From Tubiluchus corallicola (lineage: Eukaryota; Animalia; Priapulida): a stretch of DNA of 64,000 nucleotides. Positions within the stretch are counted from its first letter, which is position 1. The number at the start of each line of letters is the position of its first letter. Below, in pieces: positions 1-21,463 of this stretch. A model generated the notes under the pieces. That model worked only from the letters and a program-made list of their open reading frames with translations, made no database searches and was not told the DNA's origin. Both the position numbers and the translations under genes were made by a program. The stretch is taken from the NCBI GenBank assembly GCA_030141605.1, contig JAQGDQ010000083.1, positions 248,001 through 312,000 on the forward strand, read 5' to 3'.

Positions 1-970
1 AATAACATTAGTCAACAAGAATAGTAAGCAATGTGAATATATACCGTTAAGTGAGAGTAAGATATGCTAGTATGGCGTACAACTCATTCCTGTCAGAAAA
101 TTAAAACAATTACGTTCTAGAGCCCAAGTAACTTCGGTAATGAAATTTACAGTCCGTATTTGTTCTTTGCTAACATTACTTTTTACATCTCATGTACAGG
201 AAAAAACTTTAGAAAGAAAATTTTCATTTGTGTAAAAAGTTTTGTACTCGTTACAAATAGATAACAAATTATAACCCATTACAAGAGCCATGAAATCGAG
301 AATTGTGTGTAAAAAAATTGGCTATGCGATTTTCACTATTTAAACAACTATGGTAAATTTAACAAACGGTTTCTGTAACTGTTTAACTGGCGGAACGATA
401 TCACATATAAAAGGAAGACAGTATTTGTGTGATCTAAACAGTAAATTCCAAAGTTTTCTTACAGCAACATTCCAAGCTGTACTTAATTTAGATTAATATC
501 TATTCCTGTGTGATTACAAGCTTTGTTGGAGTATTTATTTCAAAAAATGTTATTAACCCCTTCACCGGAAGTCGGAAATACATTGCTCAACAAGTAGCAA
601 TGCTTGCTTCTCCTGTTAGGTCCATACTAGTTATTGACCACTGCCTCTAAATCCGACCAGCCAAAGTCTGGACACGCTTGTCGGTAACTTCAGGGGAGCT
701 GAATTAGGCTAATAACTTCGAATCGTGTTCGAGTATGGTGTAACAATAAGGTAATTGGCGCCTGCCACACGACGAGGTGCAAATAGCAAACAAAAATTTC
801 CGCAACTCTATTGAGTTTTAGCCGACTGGCAAATTTGGCTTATTAACCCTCGAATGAGTTAATTAATGACGTAGCTACCGAAGCGTTAGATATGATTTCA
901 CAGAGGAATTGTACGAAAAACGTTGGTGTTCATTTTTGACTTGTTCTATTATACCGAGAAAATAACTAAA

Positions 971-1035
971 TGGTCAAGGTGCAGGACTAGTTATGAAGTT
1001 AAGCATCGTCGAGCCTGATGAGTAACAGGCAGGAA
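971..1035 (+). mobile_element. Degenerate SINE head with 5S-derived segment
   Basis: tggtcaaggtgc (A-box-like) followed by gaagttaagcatcgtcgagcctg..agta, resembling the 5S box A region. Confidence 0.35.
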
Positions 1036-1378
1036 ATCTGCTTCTTATTACTTTAATTTCCCGTATACTGTCACATGCTACAGTAGCTCTTTTCTTTTGA
1101 GGGGGATGCACAATTAAGGCCAAGGCACCCCTGTTGATTCAGTGTCTCATTTAAAAAAATATCTTTGATATTGAAGAGATTTCATTCCCGCCACAATCAT
1201 TTCACGTTAGTAAAAGACTTTCTCGTTGTGTAGCAGCTTGTAATGTTGGTTGTGGCTTGTGTGACTAATAATGTACTGCTTTATAGGCTGAACGATGTTT
1301 CTATGAATTGATTGACTGATTACTAGCTGATTGATTGGTTTTATTTTCCTTTTCCTTTTTTCTTTCTTTTGGCGACTC

Positions 1379-1615
1379 CATTCATTCATTCATTCATTCA
1401 TTCATTCATTCATTCATTCATTCATTCATTCATTCATTCATTCATTCAGTCAGTCAATCATTCATTCATTCGTTCGTTCGTTCATTCATTCATTCGTTCG
1501 TTCGTTCGTTCATTCGTTCATTCATTCATTCAGTCAGTCAGTCAGTCACTCGTTCATTCGTCCATAGAATCAATAATACATTCGTTCACTCATTCTTTCG
1601 TTTTCATTCGTCCGT
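1379..1615. repeat. (CATT/CGTT/CAGT)n microsatellite
   Basis: Tetranucleotide run read directly from the sequence. Confidence 0.95.
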
Positions 1616-1625
1616 TTGTTTTCAG

Positions 1626-4600
1626 GCGTATTTGACGTTTTCTGCGAGTGTGGCAGCAGGAGCACAAATTGGGATGGAAGAGTGCCAGCATCAGTTTGCC
1701 TGGGAGAGATGGAACTGTCCTCGATCGTCATTACCCCTTTATTCTCACAGTGTTCCTGCAGGTAAAAATATTATATTATACTATATTATATTATGTTGTG
1801 TTGTGTTATGTTATGTTATGTTATGCTATGTTATGCTATGTTATGTTATATTATGTTATATTATGTTATATTATATTGTATTGTATTGTATTGTGTTGTA
1901 TTGCATTGTGTTGTATTGTATTGCATTGCATTGCATTGCATTGCATTGCATTACATTACATTACATTACATTACATTATATTACATTACATTACTACATC
2001 ATAGGGCCTGATTAAGTGTTTTGTAGATAAGCATTCAGCATTTTCAGTATTTTTAATCTCTTGCAAATATGAAACACCAATTTTCAACATAGGATAATCA
2101 TCATCATCATTATGTCACCTTCGTTTTCTTCACTACCATCACCATCATCAACATCGTCAGCAGCAGCAGCTCCACCATCACATATCGTTATCGTCGTCGA
2201 TGCTATTATATATGAAATTGCCGTATTACATCTCATTTGATCACGTTACATTTACACTAGATAATTTTAAAAAGGACTATTCGGCTAAAACAGTAACAAT
2301 GTTTTCAGCAACACGGGAAACCTCATTTGTTCATGCCATCAGTTCAGCTGGAGTTATGTACACGTTGACCCGAAACTGTAGTTCTGGAGAATTTGAAAAC
2401 TGCGGTTGTGATGACAGGCGCAAAGGCCAAGGTATTTATATTTTTGACAATTATTTGAGACGCACCTGTATTTACTAAAACACCGTTACCACACTTTCAT
2501 TAGAAATAGAACTACAAACACTACATCTGAATTTTAAGTTGTAATGTTTCCGAAAATAAGACAGGGCCGGCAGTGCGTGCTTAGCTGCAAGGTTAAGTAA
2601 CGCCAGATCTGGTTAGTTAATGGAGAGGTGACAGCCGATATTCAGTCATTTCTTTTCTCGAGGAAGACACGCGCATGCAATTGTACGTACTGAATATTTT
2701 TGCTGGGTCACTGTCTCATCGTACAGGCTTATCCCTGATGATGAGTGAGAATAGTTCGGGTCCCGCCACACTCGTTTTGAGATGACGTCTTACCAAGTTG
2801 CGAAACTGTGCAAAAAGACGTGTAAACTGAAGTGAATAGTCTTTGAAATCTCGGAATAGGTGTATGATATAGATGTCTCTTGGTATTAACACATCGTGAC
2901 TGATCATTTTTGCTCTGAAAGGCGTTTTATTATATAGTTCCATATTTAGTATAGTATAGTTTAGTTTAGTTTAGTTTAGTTTAGTTTAGTTTAGTTTAGT
3001 TTAGTTTAGTTTAGTTTAGTTTAGTTTAGTTTAGTTTAGTTTAGTTTAGTTTAGTTTAGTTTAGTTTAGTTTAGTTTAGTTTAGTTTAGTTTAGTTTAGT
3101 TGACACCTAGAAATTACATCTATGGAAAATTCTACCTGTCAAATATCTTCGCAGTTTGTTTCTTAATACTTTGTTTCTGCCATCTTTGTGTTTTGTTTTG
3201 TTATAGCAGCTCCGGGCTGGACTTGGGGTGGGTGCAGTGACAATGTCAAATTTGGAGAGCAAATAAGTAAGCAGTTCGTAGACGCTTTGGAAACTGGGAA
3301 AGATGCAACAGCTTTGATGAATCTGCACAATAATAAAGCAGGGAGAGCAGTAAGTTCACTTAACACCTTTATTTATATTAACATAGTAAAGCACAATTGA
3401 ATATTTTCACTACTTAACGCAAAGTGTAATAATAGAAATTATGAATAATTGAAATTAAAGGCGTACTAACTTTTTTAGTTTAACACTGATTTTAGTAGAT
3501 GGGGACTCTACCACGTAAACAGCGCTAGTAATAGCGTAATATGCATAACGTGGTGCTATCTACTGGTAAGAAAGATGAGGTATTTTAAAGTGACGCCTCT
3601 TTGATTAATAAATATAATATTTTTTGAATTTCTGGCTTGAATTTATTTTTTAAGTTGTTTGTTGTTGAATTTTATTTTTATTTGTTACAAAACTGAATAA
3701 CTAGAAAACTCGATTGCAAAAGTTGCCTAACGGCCAAATGCAGCAACAGCCAAAGAAACAATTGATCACGTGTCGAAGGTCGTAGAAGTACATGCTATCT
3801 CTAAATTGAAATACAGATTGCTCTTGCAGTATGTTTTAACTTACGTCTACTAGAATATTTGTTTGCATTGATTATGGTCAAGATTAAAGAGCAAAATTTG
3901 TTGTTATCAGGCGGTCCGCCATACTCTAAAACGAACCTGCAAGTGCCACGGCGTATCCGGAAGTTGTTCGACGCAAACATGTTGGCTGCAGTTGTCCGAT
4001 TTCCGGAAAGTTGGCGATTACTTGAAGAAGAGATACTGGAAAGCGGTGAAAGTTGACTATAAAAACGGCGAATTGAAATTGATGAATACAGGACGTATTG
4101 AAGAAATACCTTCCCTAAAAAGGAGGAGTCTCGTCTATTTGGAACCATCCCATGACTATTGCAAAGCTAATATTACAGAAGGTATGAAGTCCGGTACGAT
4201 GTTTAATTTATTTTTCTTTGTCTAACTTTACCTTACCTTACTCAACTTTACAACTTTACAATATACTTAGCTTTACTTTGTTTTGCATTATTTTTACTTT
4301 ACTTTACTTTGCCATATTTTGCTTAAAGTTAATTTACTTTTCTTTACTTCACTTTGCCGTATTTTGCTTTGCTTTGCTTTACTTTGTGTTACTTTACTTT
4401 GCTTTGCTTTACTTTACTTTGCTTTTCTTTGCTTTGCTTTACATTAATTTACTTTACTTTACTTTACTTTACTTTACTTTACTTTACTTTACTTTACTTT
4501 ACTTTACTTTACTTTACTTTACTTTACTTTACTTTACTTTACTTTACTTTACTTTACTTTACTTTTACTTTACTTTACTTTACTTTACTTTACTTTACTT

Positions 4601-5758
4601 TACTTTACTTTACTTTACTTTACTTTACTTTACTTTACTTTACTTTACTTTACTTTACTTTACTTTACTTTACTTTACTTTACTTTACTTTACTGTACTT
4701 TACTTTACTTTACTTTACTTTACTTTACTTTGCCTTACTTTACTTTGCTTTGCTTTACCTTACTTTGTTTTACTTTACTTTACTTTACTTTACTTTACTT
4801 TACTTTACTTTACTTTACTTTACTTTACTTTACTTTACTTTACTTTACTTTACTTTACTTTACTTTACTTTACTTTACTTTACTTTACTTTACTTTACTT
4901 TACTTTACTTTACTTTACTTTACTTTACTTTACTTTACTTTACTTTACTTTACTTTACTTTACTTTACTTTACTTTACTTTACTTTACTTTACTTTACTT
5001 TACTTTCGGTATTGTGATATGTGGGTAATCCTCAGAATACAGGTTATGCATATATTTATATTGAAACAAAATCGCGGCTTTCTGTAAGCATTCCTATCAT
5101 TTTTCATTGACAGTAACAAATGGGTCATGAAGTTTCTTGTTTAGCTTTTTTATGCGAGATGTTTAACCGTTTCGTTAGTTGAACTCAATCTTTTGGCGTT
5201 TTGGTGCTAAACTTTTAAGCCTCTGTTTCTGCGACCCATATATAGCATAATGATTATTACATCCTTTGACTTGGTGCCCAGTTAGATGAACAAAGTCTTT
5301 CTTCACATAATAAATTTTATTTTTAATACCAAGCGCTGATGCACATTTATCAGTTTGCTAAATTAATAAAAGTATCATGACGTAAACATGTACTGTCAAA
5401 TTTAGAATAGGTAAAAAAGTTCTCATAACTATAAGCTTAATCTTGATCTTATTGTCGCTGCATTCTTGGGTTTTTTTAAGACAAATGTGTATCAGTTCAC
5501 AATACAAATTTATGTGGCTTTCAATGAATTACAGGACATGTTGGAACAGCGGGCAGGCTTTGCTCTAAACGAAAGGGAAAAGAAATTTCACAATCAGAGA
5601 GACGAAGCTGTAAAACCTTGTGTAAAAACTGCGGTTTGAAAGTTCGCCGACAGACCCTGCAACTGTTTACAAGCTGCAATTGTAAATTCGAATGGTGTTG
5701 CGAAGTAAAATGTGAAGAATGTCGTGAAACTGTTGATAAACTAACTTGCGTGGCATGA
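1626..5758 (+). CDS. wnt8: Wnt8 ligand, 5 coding exons (5' signal-peptide exon(s) not found in window)
   Basis: Exons 1626-1761, 2309-2431, 3207-3349, 3911-4181, 5535-5758 have GT-AG sites and consistent phases. Spliced protein [96 protein letters not shown] matches Wnt8-subfamily motifs. Confidence 0.93.
1768..1995. repeat. Compound pentanucleotide microsatellite (TATTA/TGTTA/TGCAT/TACAT)
   Basis: Read directly; lies in a Wnt8 intron. Confidence 0.95.
2561..3101 (+). mobile_element. Probable SINE with 5S-like head and (AGTTT)n tail
   Basis: gttaagtaacgccagatctggttagttaatggagaggtgacagc resembles 5S box A-IE-box C. A structured body follows, then a LINE-like 3' end (gaaaggcgtttta) running into a (TTAGT)n array at ~2945-3101. 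Confidence 0.45.
4225..5006. repeat. (TTTAC)n microsatellite
   Basis: Long pentanucleotide array; source of the spurious FTLLY ORFs. Confidence 0.97.
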
Positions 5759-5957
5759 TAATGCCAGTGCAAGTCTGAAATGTAAATATTATTATGTCTT
5801 ATAATACTGTGTGTTAAGTTTTCTTGATGCCATCCAAAATAGCCACTGTGGGCATGGCACTGTAATCGATTGTGTCCTCTGCCCCGCCTGCCCCGCAAGT
5901 GTGTGAATAGCTACTGCCAAATTCTTTTCAACTTAACTATTATTTCACAGAAACTTA

Positions 5958-6600
5958 CAATTATTATTGTTATTATGAGTTTATTTCGTATAAAAAATAT
6001 ACAGCTCACAAAGATAAAAATGTTAGTAAAACAGGTAATGCGATATTAGTAAAATAACATATCTACAGACATTCAACTTTATAATAACCACACATTGTAG
6101 TTCCCTTGTAATTATATTACATTATACAGTGTTGTAAGGAGCTATAATAGATATCTTAAAACATAATCTTTAAATGAGTTCTTAACCTTTAATTTTACAT
6201 TTTCGTTTAGGATTTAGAGCTACAGTACAACCATGTTTAAATCTTAAAGTTACTTGACTGTTATTTACATAGTAGCATGGCTTTGGAATTCTCAATGTGC
6301 AGGAGTTTACAATTTTTCTCACAAAGTTTAATTTTCGACTATCTACTAAATAACTCGCAGGCAATGCGCCACAAAAATACATTAACAATTTGACGCTTTC
6401 ATTTTGTCTAAAATCGAATATTTTTCTATAAGCAGTGTTCCATTTTACCCTAATGGCATTAACTTCATTGTCTGATATACCCCCAATTTCGCATCCGTAT
6501 AACAAATATGTATGGTAGACATTGGGTAGACAATATGTATTGATCAGAGTTTTAGCTACTATGTCATTACGATTATGGCCCATACTTGAGAGAATATTAC
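5958..6600 (-). mobile_element. 5'-truncated non-LTR retrotransposon (LINE) remnant
   Basis: ORF 6182-6583 (YCLP..LLYGCE..WNTAYRKIF..ESVKLLMYFCGALP..RKLNF) is typical of the LINE ORF2 region after RT. The minus-strand 3' end has AATAAA plus a (TAA)n-like tail near 5960-5985. Confidence 0.7.
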
Positions 6601-6827
6601 ATTATAAATTTTGTAGAATTCATTTAAGACGAAATCATCTCTTGAATTCCGAATCAATGTGGCAGGCTTTTCTTGCGTGCTTTGATAACTTATGTAGTTC
6701 ACGATAAAGTTTGTATTTGTGTAGTAGGCAGGTCTTTCACGTTGCAAAATAATTGTGATGATTTATGTTGGGTTGCAATTTTAACGTAATGTTCTTTTCT
6801 TGTTTGCTCGCAGACATTGTATACAAT

Positions 6828-7229
6828 AATGGGCGTATTAACAAATAGGCTAACTAGGCTAAAGCCTAGGGCGCCAAAGGTCCGAAGAGCGTCACGTTTT
6901 AGAAAAAATTCTTATTTTACTTGGAAAATGTGTGTACTTTCATATTCATGTAAAGGGCGCATTTTCTAATACATCATTTTATATTAGTGAGAGCAACTTT
7001 TATATAAGTGCCACATAACGAACAGGTGCAAGGTATTACACAAAAAGCAGTTGCGCAGCCTGCGCTGTGCAAATACATGTTAATAATAATGACCACGTAA
7101 AACTAGGTTAATAGTGTTTCTAATACACCACAAGTAATTGTTTATCGTGCTCATTATATAAGTTCGCAATAGAAATGGACCAGACAGAATAATCAGCCTA
7201 GGACGCTGTAAAGTATTGATACGCCCCTG
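6828..7229. mobile_element. hAT-like MITE
   Basis: Termini gggcgtatta / tgatacgcccctg are inverted. Degenerate 8-bp flanks tatacaat / tacgcaac. Confidence 0.5.
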
Positions 7230-7874
7230 TACGCAACAAAGTGGATTCACGATAAGTGGTTAAAATATTCGACTACTTGATTTTGAACGCAGTTTAGTGT
7301 AATAAAGATGGCCAACAATCGTTGAAAGCATGTTTTTCGATGATTGATGACTTTTTATTATGGTAACTCTATACTTCATTAACAAGTATTATTAAACTAT
7401 TCATTCATTAAGCATAATAATTTTGGTAATGTAAACCTCAGTTTCTGAACAGCGAAAAACTGTATGCAGTTTAATTTGTTTAAACGGTTTGTGCAGTGTT
7501 TGTTTCGTTTTCTTAAGTTGGTGAACGAAACTCTTTGACAATTACTGACAGTAAATTAATTTTATTAAACGTTAATTATCTATTGATTAAGTATCATGTA
7601 TTAAATAATCTGTAATTCGTTGACAATTTCACTGTGTTTTTTGAACATAATTTGCTATATTACTGGCTCAAGTCAGCCTGATTATGAGGAATTAGTTTTG
7701 TTATGTATAGCTTTGATTGTTTTCCTGTACAGAATGTTAATATCCGTGACGTTTTAGAAAAATAATAATCACTCGTTAAACTATAGATTCTAATAATTAT
7801 GTTTGATGGTTTTTTATCATTTATGTACATAAGGGTTGGCCTCATAGTACCTTAAGCAATGCCCACGAATGTAC

Positions 7875-8215
7875 CTGTTGTTATCGTCAATCATGATGAT
7901 GATGATGATGCTGATGACCACGACGAGGTTATTGTTGTTGTTGTTGCTGCTGCTGCTGCTGCTGTTGTTGTTGTTGTCGTTGATGATGATGGTGAGGATG
8001 ATGATGATGATGCTGATGACCACGACGATGTTATTGTTATTGTTGTTGCTGCTGCTGTTGTTGTTATTGTCGTTGTCGTTGATGATGATGATGATGCTGA
8101 TGACCACGATGATGTTATTGTTGTTGTTACTGCTGCTGTTGTCGTTGTCGTTGTTGATGATGACGACGACGATGATGGTGATGGTGATGCTGTTAGTGAA
8201 TGTAGTGGTGATGGC
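7875..8215. repeat. Compound trinucleotide repeat (GAT/GTT/GCT) with ~3 higher-order units
   Basis: gatgctgatgaccacga..gttattgtt..gctgct recurs three times. Confidence 0.9.
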
Positions 8216-8863
8216 AATGAACAAAGAGATGTTCCCTGCTGGACTATTAAAATGTCTGTGATGTTTTGTGTTTACAAGTTTCCGTCTGAGCGAAGTATTT
8301 TCGTTTCTAATAAATGTAGGTCTATACTTAAGAAAATTGTGATGCAGAAAGGCTACGTACGTAACAACTTTTTGAGCTCTCAGAAGCTACACGGATCAGT
8401 TATTACACTACATGTAGTCGTGAGTAGTTAAATAGCTAAAAGGAAACACCAGCATCCTGTTCCACAAACTATTGTATGTTGTTGTTTGTGAGCACGAGTC
8501 TTGTATGAATTACGTATATATACAGCCCTCATACCCTTGAACATTTAATGCGATAGTTTACTGTCGAAGCAAGACTGCAGGACGTATGTTACCTCAACGT
8601 ACAGTCGTAAATGAATTCATAAAGACACTGAATTTCAGAAATTGAATTAAGAAACATTTATACGCCAACAACGTTGCAAGACATTTTGAAATGGATTCGT
8701 CAAAGACAATTTTCATGGTTTGTGTTTTTGTGGGGCTAGTTGCTAACTTAGGATACGGTAAGTTTGCATTATTATAATTTGAAATCATAGTATTCTATAC
8801 GAATCTATGTTCTATACGTACAGTATCTATAGACTTGTTAAGAATAACTTAGAGTAATACTCT

Positions 8864-9081
8864 TTGGTGTTTTTTTAATTTAGAAGTGACAACGAAAAGT
8901 TTTTTGACAAGTACCGTACAGTATAGACATACATAACTTACAGTAATACGGTATGGTAGTTTTAATTTACAAGTGACAACTGAAAGTTTTTTGACAAGTA
9001 CCGTACAGTATAGACGTACATAACTTACAGTAATACGGTTTGGTGTTTTTTAATTTAGAAGTGACAGCTGCAAGTTTTTTT
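8864..9081. repeat. ~90-bp tandem duplication (about 2.3 copies)
   Basis: aagtgacaac..ttttttgacaagtaccgtacagtatagac..cataacttacagtaatacgg is repeated. Confidence 0.85.
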
Positions 9082-10543
9082 GATAAATTGAAACATCCAC
9101 CAGAAAATGAATGTCTCCTAAGCGGTGAGTACTGTTCTTTCAAGTTGTTACAGTGATAAATTAGAATTCCGTTGTCTAGATTAAATGCACTTACTATTAA
9201 CGGGATCAAAACAAATGGTGAATTACTTTTGCAAGAGGTTACTTACATCTAATCGCTCCTACGCTTGTTTGTTTTGAACTTCCACCTACGTTTTCAGTTC
9301 AGATACGTCGTAATTGTTGTTAAATTTCGGAAATGTTTATTAAGTAATAGAGAACGTCCATTATGGTGGTGCACTCCGGCAGAGAGACAGCCACCACGAC
9401 ACTCGTAAAAGGAGTTTTCTTGGTTACAGGTTGTTGGGCTCCAGTTACGTATTACTGTTTTGTGTGGCCATGCGATCCCAGAATTAAGCAGTGTGGATAT
9501 CATGAGAAATGTGTGTAAGTATCAAATCGTAAGTACAATAAATTGAATAGGACTTTGAATAGGACTTTTTAATCTCTGCATGGGAATTTGGCTTTTGTTT
9601 TAGCTGTTTGCTTGCTTGTTTGTCTGTTTGTTTATTTGTGTGTTTGTGTCTGCTGTTTGTTTATTTGTTTGTTTTTGTGTTTGTTTGGTTTTTTGTTTTA
9701 ACGGTTGTAATTTTGCAGGTTACGGTTGCATCAGATGACCTCTAAATATAGATTGTCAGAAAGCCACAATAGATTGTCAAAAAGCCACAATAGACTGTCA
9801 GAAAGCCCCAACCATTTATCCTATGTAACGGTTAAATGATAAAAATATCGATACACATCAACAGTTTAAAAGTATCCAATTTTATTAATAATAATTAGAC
9901 GGTTTTTTTTCTTATTCCAGGGCTTGTGATACTTGCAAGGCGTGTTGCGTTGACGAGAATTATACAGTTGTCAGACCTCAGATCAAAGGATAAAGCATCC
10001 CATCGTTTTATTTTTATTTATATTTAAACAGTAATTATTTAGGTTTCTAATATTTATATATATATATATATTATAACAATTATATATATATATAATAATT
10101 AAAACTACAACAAATATAATTTCATTGTAGTCTTCCGTGTTTTAATAATTTTTCTTTGTCATTTTTACTGGAACACATGATTTGCTGTCTATTATTTATT
10201 TACATTCTAGAGTTGGATATCTATCAAGCTACGTAAAACGTGTATTTGAAATAAAGGACTAAAACAAGGTATACCCTTGCTCTGGAAACATCTGTATTTG
10301 TTCAATTCCCCAGCCAATGACGCTCGGAGCTCTGATTCGCATGCCAACCTTTGCGATTCCTGGTTTCCTAAATTTACTCCATTAATTTTTCTGCCTCTGC
10401 ACTTTAATTATTAAAACAACTTTAATCTTGAATTAGTTAAATCAAATGAAAAACGAAATCAGTATTTTAATTCGTCATAAAACATGTACATGATTTAATG
10501 TCCAAATGAGTTGCTAAAGAATTACAAGTTTAAAGCTCCTCTT

Positions 10544-10661
10544 TTTAAGTGCATTAATAGAAAAAAGATGATAGTTAATTGAATCATCACAAAACTTCAA
10601 TGTTTAAGTGCATTAATAGAAAAAGATGATAGTTAATTAAATCTTCACAAAACTTCAATGT
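10544..10661. repeat. ~58-bp tandem duplication
   Basis: tttaagtgcattaatagaaaaaagatgatagttaatt..cacaaaacttcaatg occurs twice. Confidence 0.85.
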
Positions 10662-10940
10662 GTTTTAATTCTAACTTTCGTCTGCACGCAGCTTACTAAC
10701 TTGTGTATATTAGCAGCAGTTCATTTGGTTAAGTATAGGTGTATACACAGTGCATAGAATACATTTCCCCCCAGATTAGAGTTCTTCGTCTGACCGAATT
10801 CCTCCCATGGCAAAAGTTCCTGCTTTTGCATCTGAAACTTCTCCTCTAGGCGCCTAGCCCCTTACCGCTTGACCCTACGTTGCATGAACAATCATGCAGA
10901 TTTTCATATGAAACTCTTGTACTTGTGGGTGTTCGACACT

Positions 10941-18973
<8,033 letters not shown>

Positions 18974-19494
18974 GCTAATGTCGATGTTGCTGCATTAAAC
19001 ACAACAGACTGCAATTTTTTTAAAAATAGATTTCACTGCCTTGGCCGCTTGGGATATTTGAAAGCGTCGCACTAATTTTGAAGACGTGTTTTTTATACAC
19101 GTGTCTACAATATAACGTTTGTAGATGTAAATCAACACATTTAAATGATGTAATCAACGCTAATATCGAGATTTGACTGTTTATTGCTAAGCAGTACTGC
19201 CTGTTATGTACAAGACTCACAAGCAAGCTTTAACTGAGCGCAACGGCACTCGCAAATTCGGAAATAAACCTATTTTTAAGCTCACTTATGAGTGGACTAC
19301 TGAAGTACAAGGTCATGCTAGACTTGTTTTATACGTGGGCAAGAGGGCGCTGTTTTAAGGGCTACCGGTTTTGGAATAACGTGCGCCAAATTTTTTAAAT
19401 CATCTAAAATGTGAAAAAAATGCGCATGAGGCTTGCCATCTTTAGCCTGAATAAAACGTTGAATGCACTTTATAATCTCACAATAGATTACTTA

Positions 19495-19540
19495 TTTATT
19501 TCAGGAGTTTTCGTCCTAACGGCCTCATCAGATGAATATT
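19495..19540 (-). ncRNA. Degenerate hammerhead-ribozyme-like motif
   Basis: Minus strand reads CUGAUGA-GGCC-GUUA-GGAC-GAAA, with UUCA/UGAA flanks able to form stem I, followed by AAUAAA. Stem II has one mismatch and stem III is minimal. Confidence 0.45.
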
Positions 19541-20849
19541 ACAGATAAAATGTTAAGGCAGTAGGTCACCAGAGTGAAAAAAAGAAAATGAAAAGCAAAA
19601 CATCATTGATTTAAAATATAACAAGCTATAAAAAATTACCACGACTGAATAGAAAGAAAAACCAATCACTATGCAATAAGTCTTCCCAGAATAAAAGCTA
19701 ATTAAATAAAATAAAAAGACTAAATTAACATACCTGAATAGACTAACGTGTTAAAAGAATTGCAGTCGGTTTTGTCTTCGATATAGAGTTTCCGGGAGAT
19801 AACACAGCACTGAGCAAGCCACTGTGTTAATAGTCGAAAATACAATTCATTACTTCATTTTCAGCATTACGAAAAAAGTATTATACCTCCAGCATTTTAC
19901 TGAACTACTTTTGAACCATCATTGTTATTAACCACTTTGAATACCAAGTTTTGAATTTTAGTAATGTCACAGTTTAGGATTTCAACTGCAAGGCTAATAT
20001 TTTTCAGGGGACAAAAAAGAGAGAGAGTTAGAAAAAAGTATGTAAACAACGAAGAGTATTCTCCAAGTTTGCAGATGTGTCATTAATGAACACCAAAACA
20101 ACAGTGGGCGTAGAATCTATCCTTGGAGACTCCCGCCTCTACGTGAATCCTTTCTGAGGCATTCAGATCCCTTAATGACAACACTTTGATGACAGCTCTC
20201 TAAATATTATTTTATTTTAGCCAATCTAATAATGGGCTGCATGTAATTTGAAAAAAAACCGTCATGTTGAAATCAATCAAAAACCTTGGATACATTTAAG
20301 TGCACTCTGACAATCTCTTCCTGGTTGCTAACCCTCGAGTGTAATATTAATTATTGGCCGGTATAAGTTGATGGGTCACTAGGATGGAAATGAGACAGAG
20401 ATTTGCAAGAAGAAACTACGTTCATGCAAGGAGGTTGTAGATTATTTTAAAAGTAAATTTTTAAAGCACAAGAAAAACCTCCACTTACATAAAGCTTAAA
20501 AAATTCGTCTTGAAATTTATACCATTTACACACTGTCTTTTTGCATGCAGTCGGCATCGTCGTTTGCGTCGGCTGTAACGCTGAATAAAGTGTGTAAATT
20601 TACTCCCGCGATGACCATTAGGGGCAGCCATTTTGATGGTAGGTCGTTTGAAACAAGTTTAGATAACACTGAGCAAAGTTTGAAAAAATAATCAGAGCAT
20701 CCTAGCATAGATAACACTGAGTAATTTTTGAAAAAATAATCAGAGCATCCTAGCATACATGTTACTAACTAAGTAAAATTTTAAATTACTGTATCTTGTC
20801 AATAAGATTAGAAATACCATTTTGGTTACTGAGTGGCGCACCCTGAAGG

Positions 20850-20859
20850 GTGACTCAGC
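20850..20859 (+). promoter_or_regulatory. ARE/AP-1-type motif upstream of CYP-A
   Basis: GTGACTCAGC is an exact RTGACnnnGC match ~1.9 kb upstream of the CYP-A ATG. Motif match only. Confidence 0.3.
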
Positions 20860-21463
20860 GACATTTTACCAATTGGCACGAATATTTTAAATTGTTATTT
20901 CTAGTTACATAAGTCTTTCCAGCAGTTAAGCGAAATGGTAAGTAATATGGATATGCATGGAATATTTTTTTGGAAATAATTTAGCAATGCCTTTTCTTCC
21001 CCTGATTTTCGTGTCGTAGTGACGTCATGTAATGGCGCCGTCAGAACAGTATTGCAGAAGATTTAAAATGAAAACAAACAAAAATTCCTTTCAACGCAAG
21101 CACTATGTACACATATAATTGCTGTAAAGTAGTATAATTTTTAAGGCGATTTTTCTGAAACCTACATCAGGTACCCTTTTTCTTGTCTTTTAAATATTTT
21201 GGAAACAACAGTAGTAGTATGCATTGCTTTTCCCCGCAACACAGCACACTGCTCACATTAAATAAGTGTAACCAACTGCAACATTCCGTTTTATGACAAT
21301 TTTATTTTTAAATACAGAAAAAAAACAAGCGTTTGTAGTATAGCAATTAACAAGACATAGTTTAAAAGGATCTACAAATGTATATAACTAACGGATATAT
21401 AATTATGTTTTCAAATGCTTCTATTTCTCTGTTCCCGTATTAGTTATAGCCGCTTATGTAATA

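Noticed and set aside
1-1330. Wnt8 first exons
   Set aside because: Candidate AG..GT segments (e.g. ~97-127, ~620-683) give the wrong phase or stops and no signal peptide; probably upstream of the window.
4218-5087. Long hydrophobic ORFs (FTLLY)n
   Set aside because: Translation of a (TTTAC)n microsatellite that is open in several frames, inside a Wnt8 intron.
7817-8431. Poly-D/V/A/L/T ORFs on both strands
   Set aside because: Compound trinucleotide repeat lacking stops by composition.
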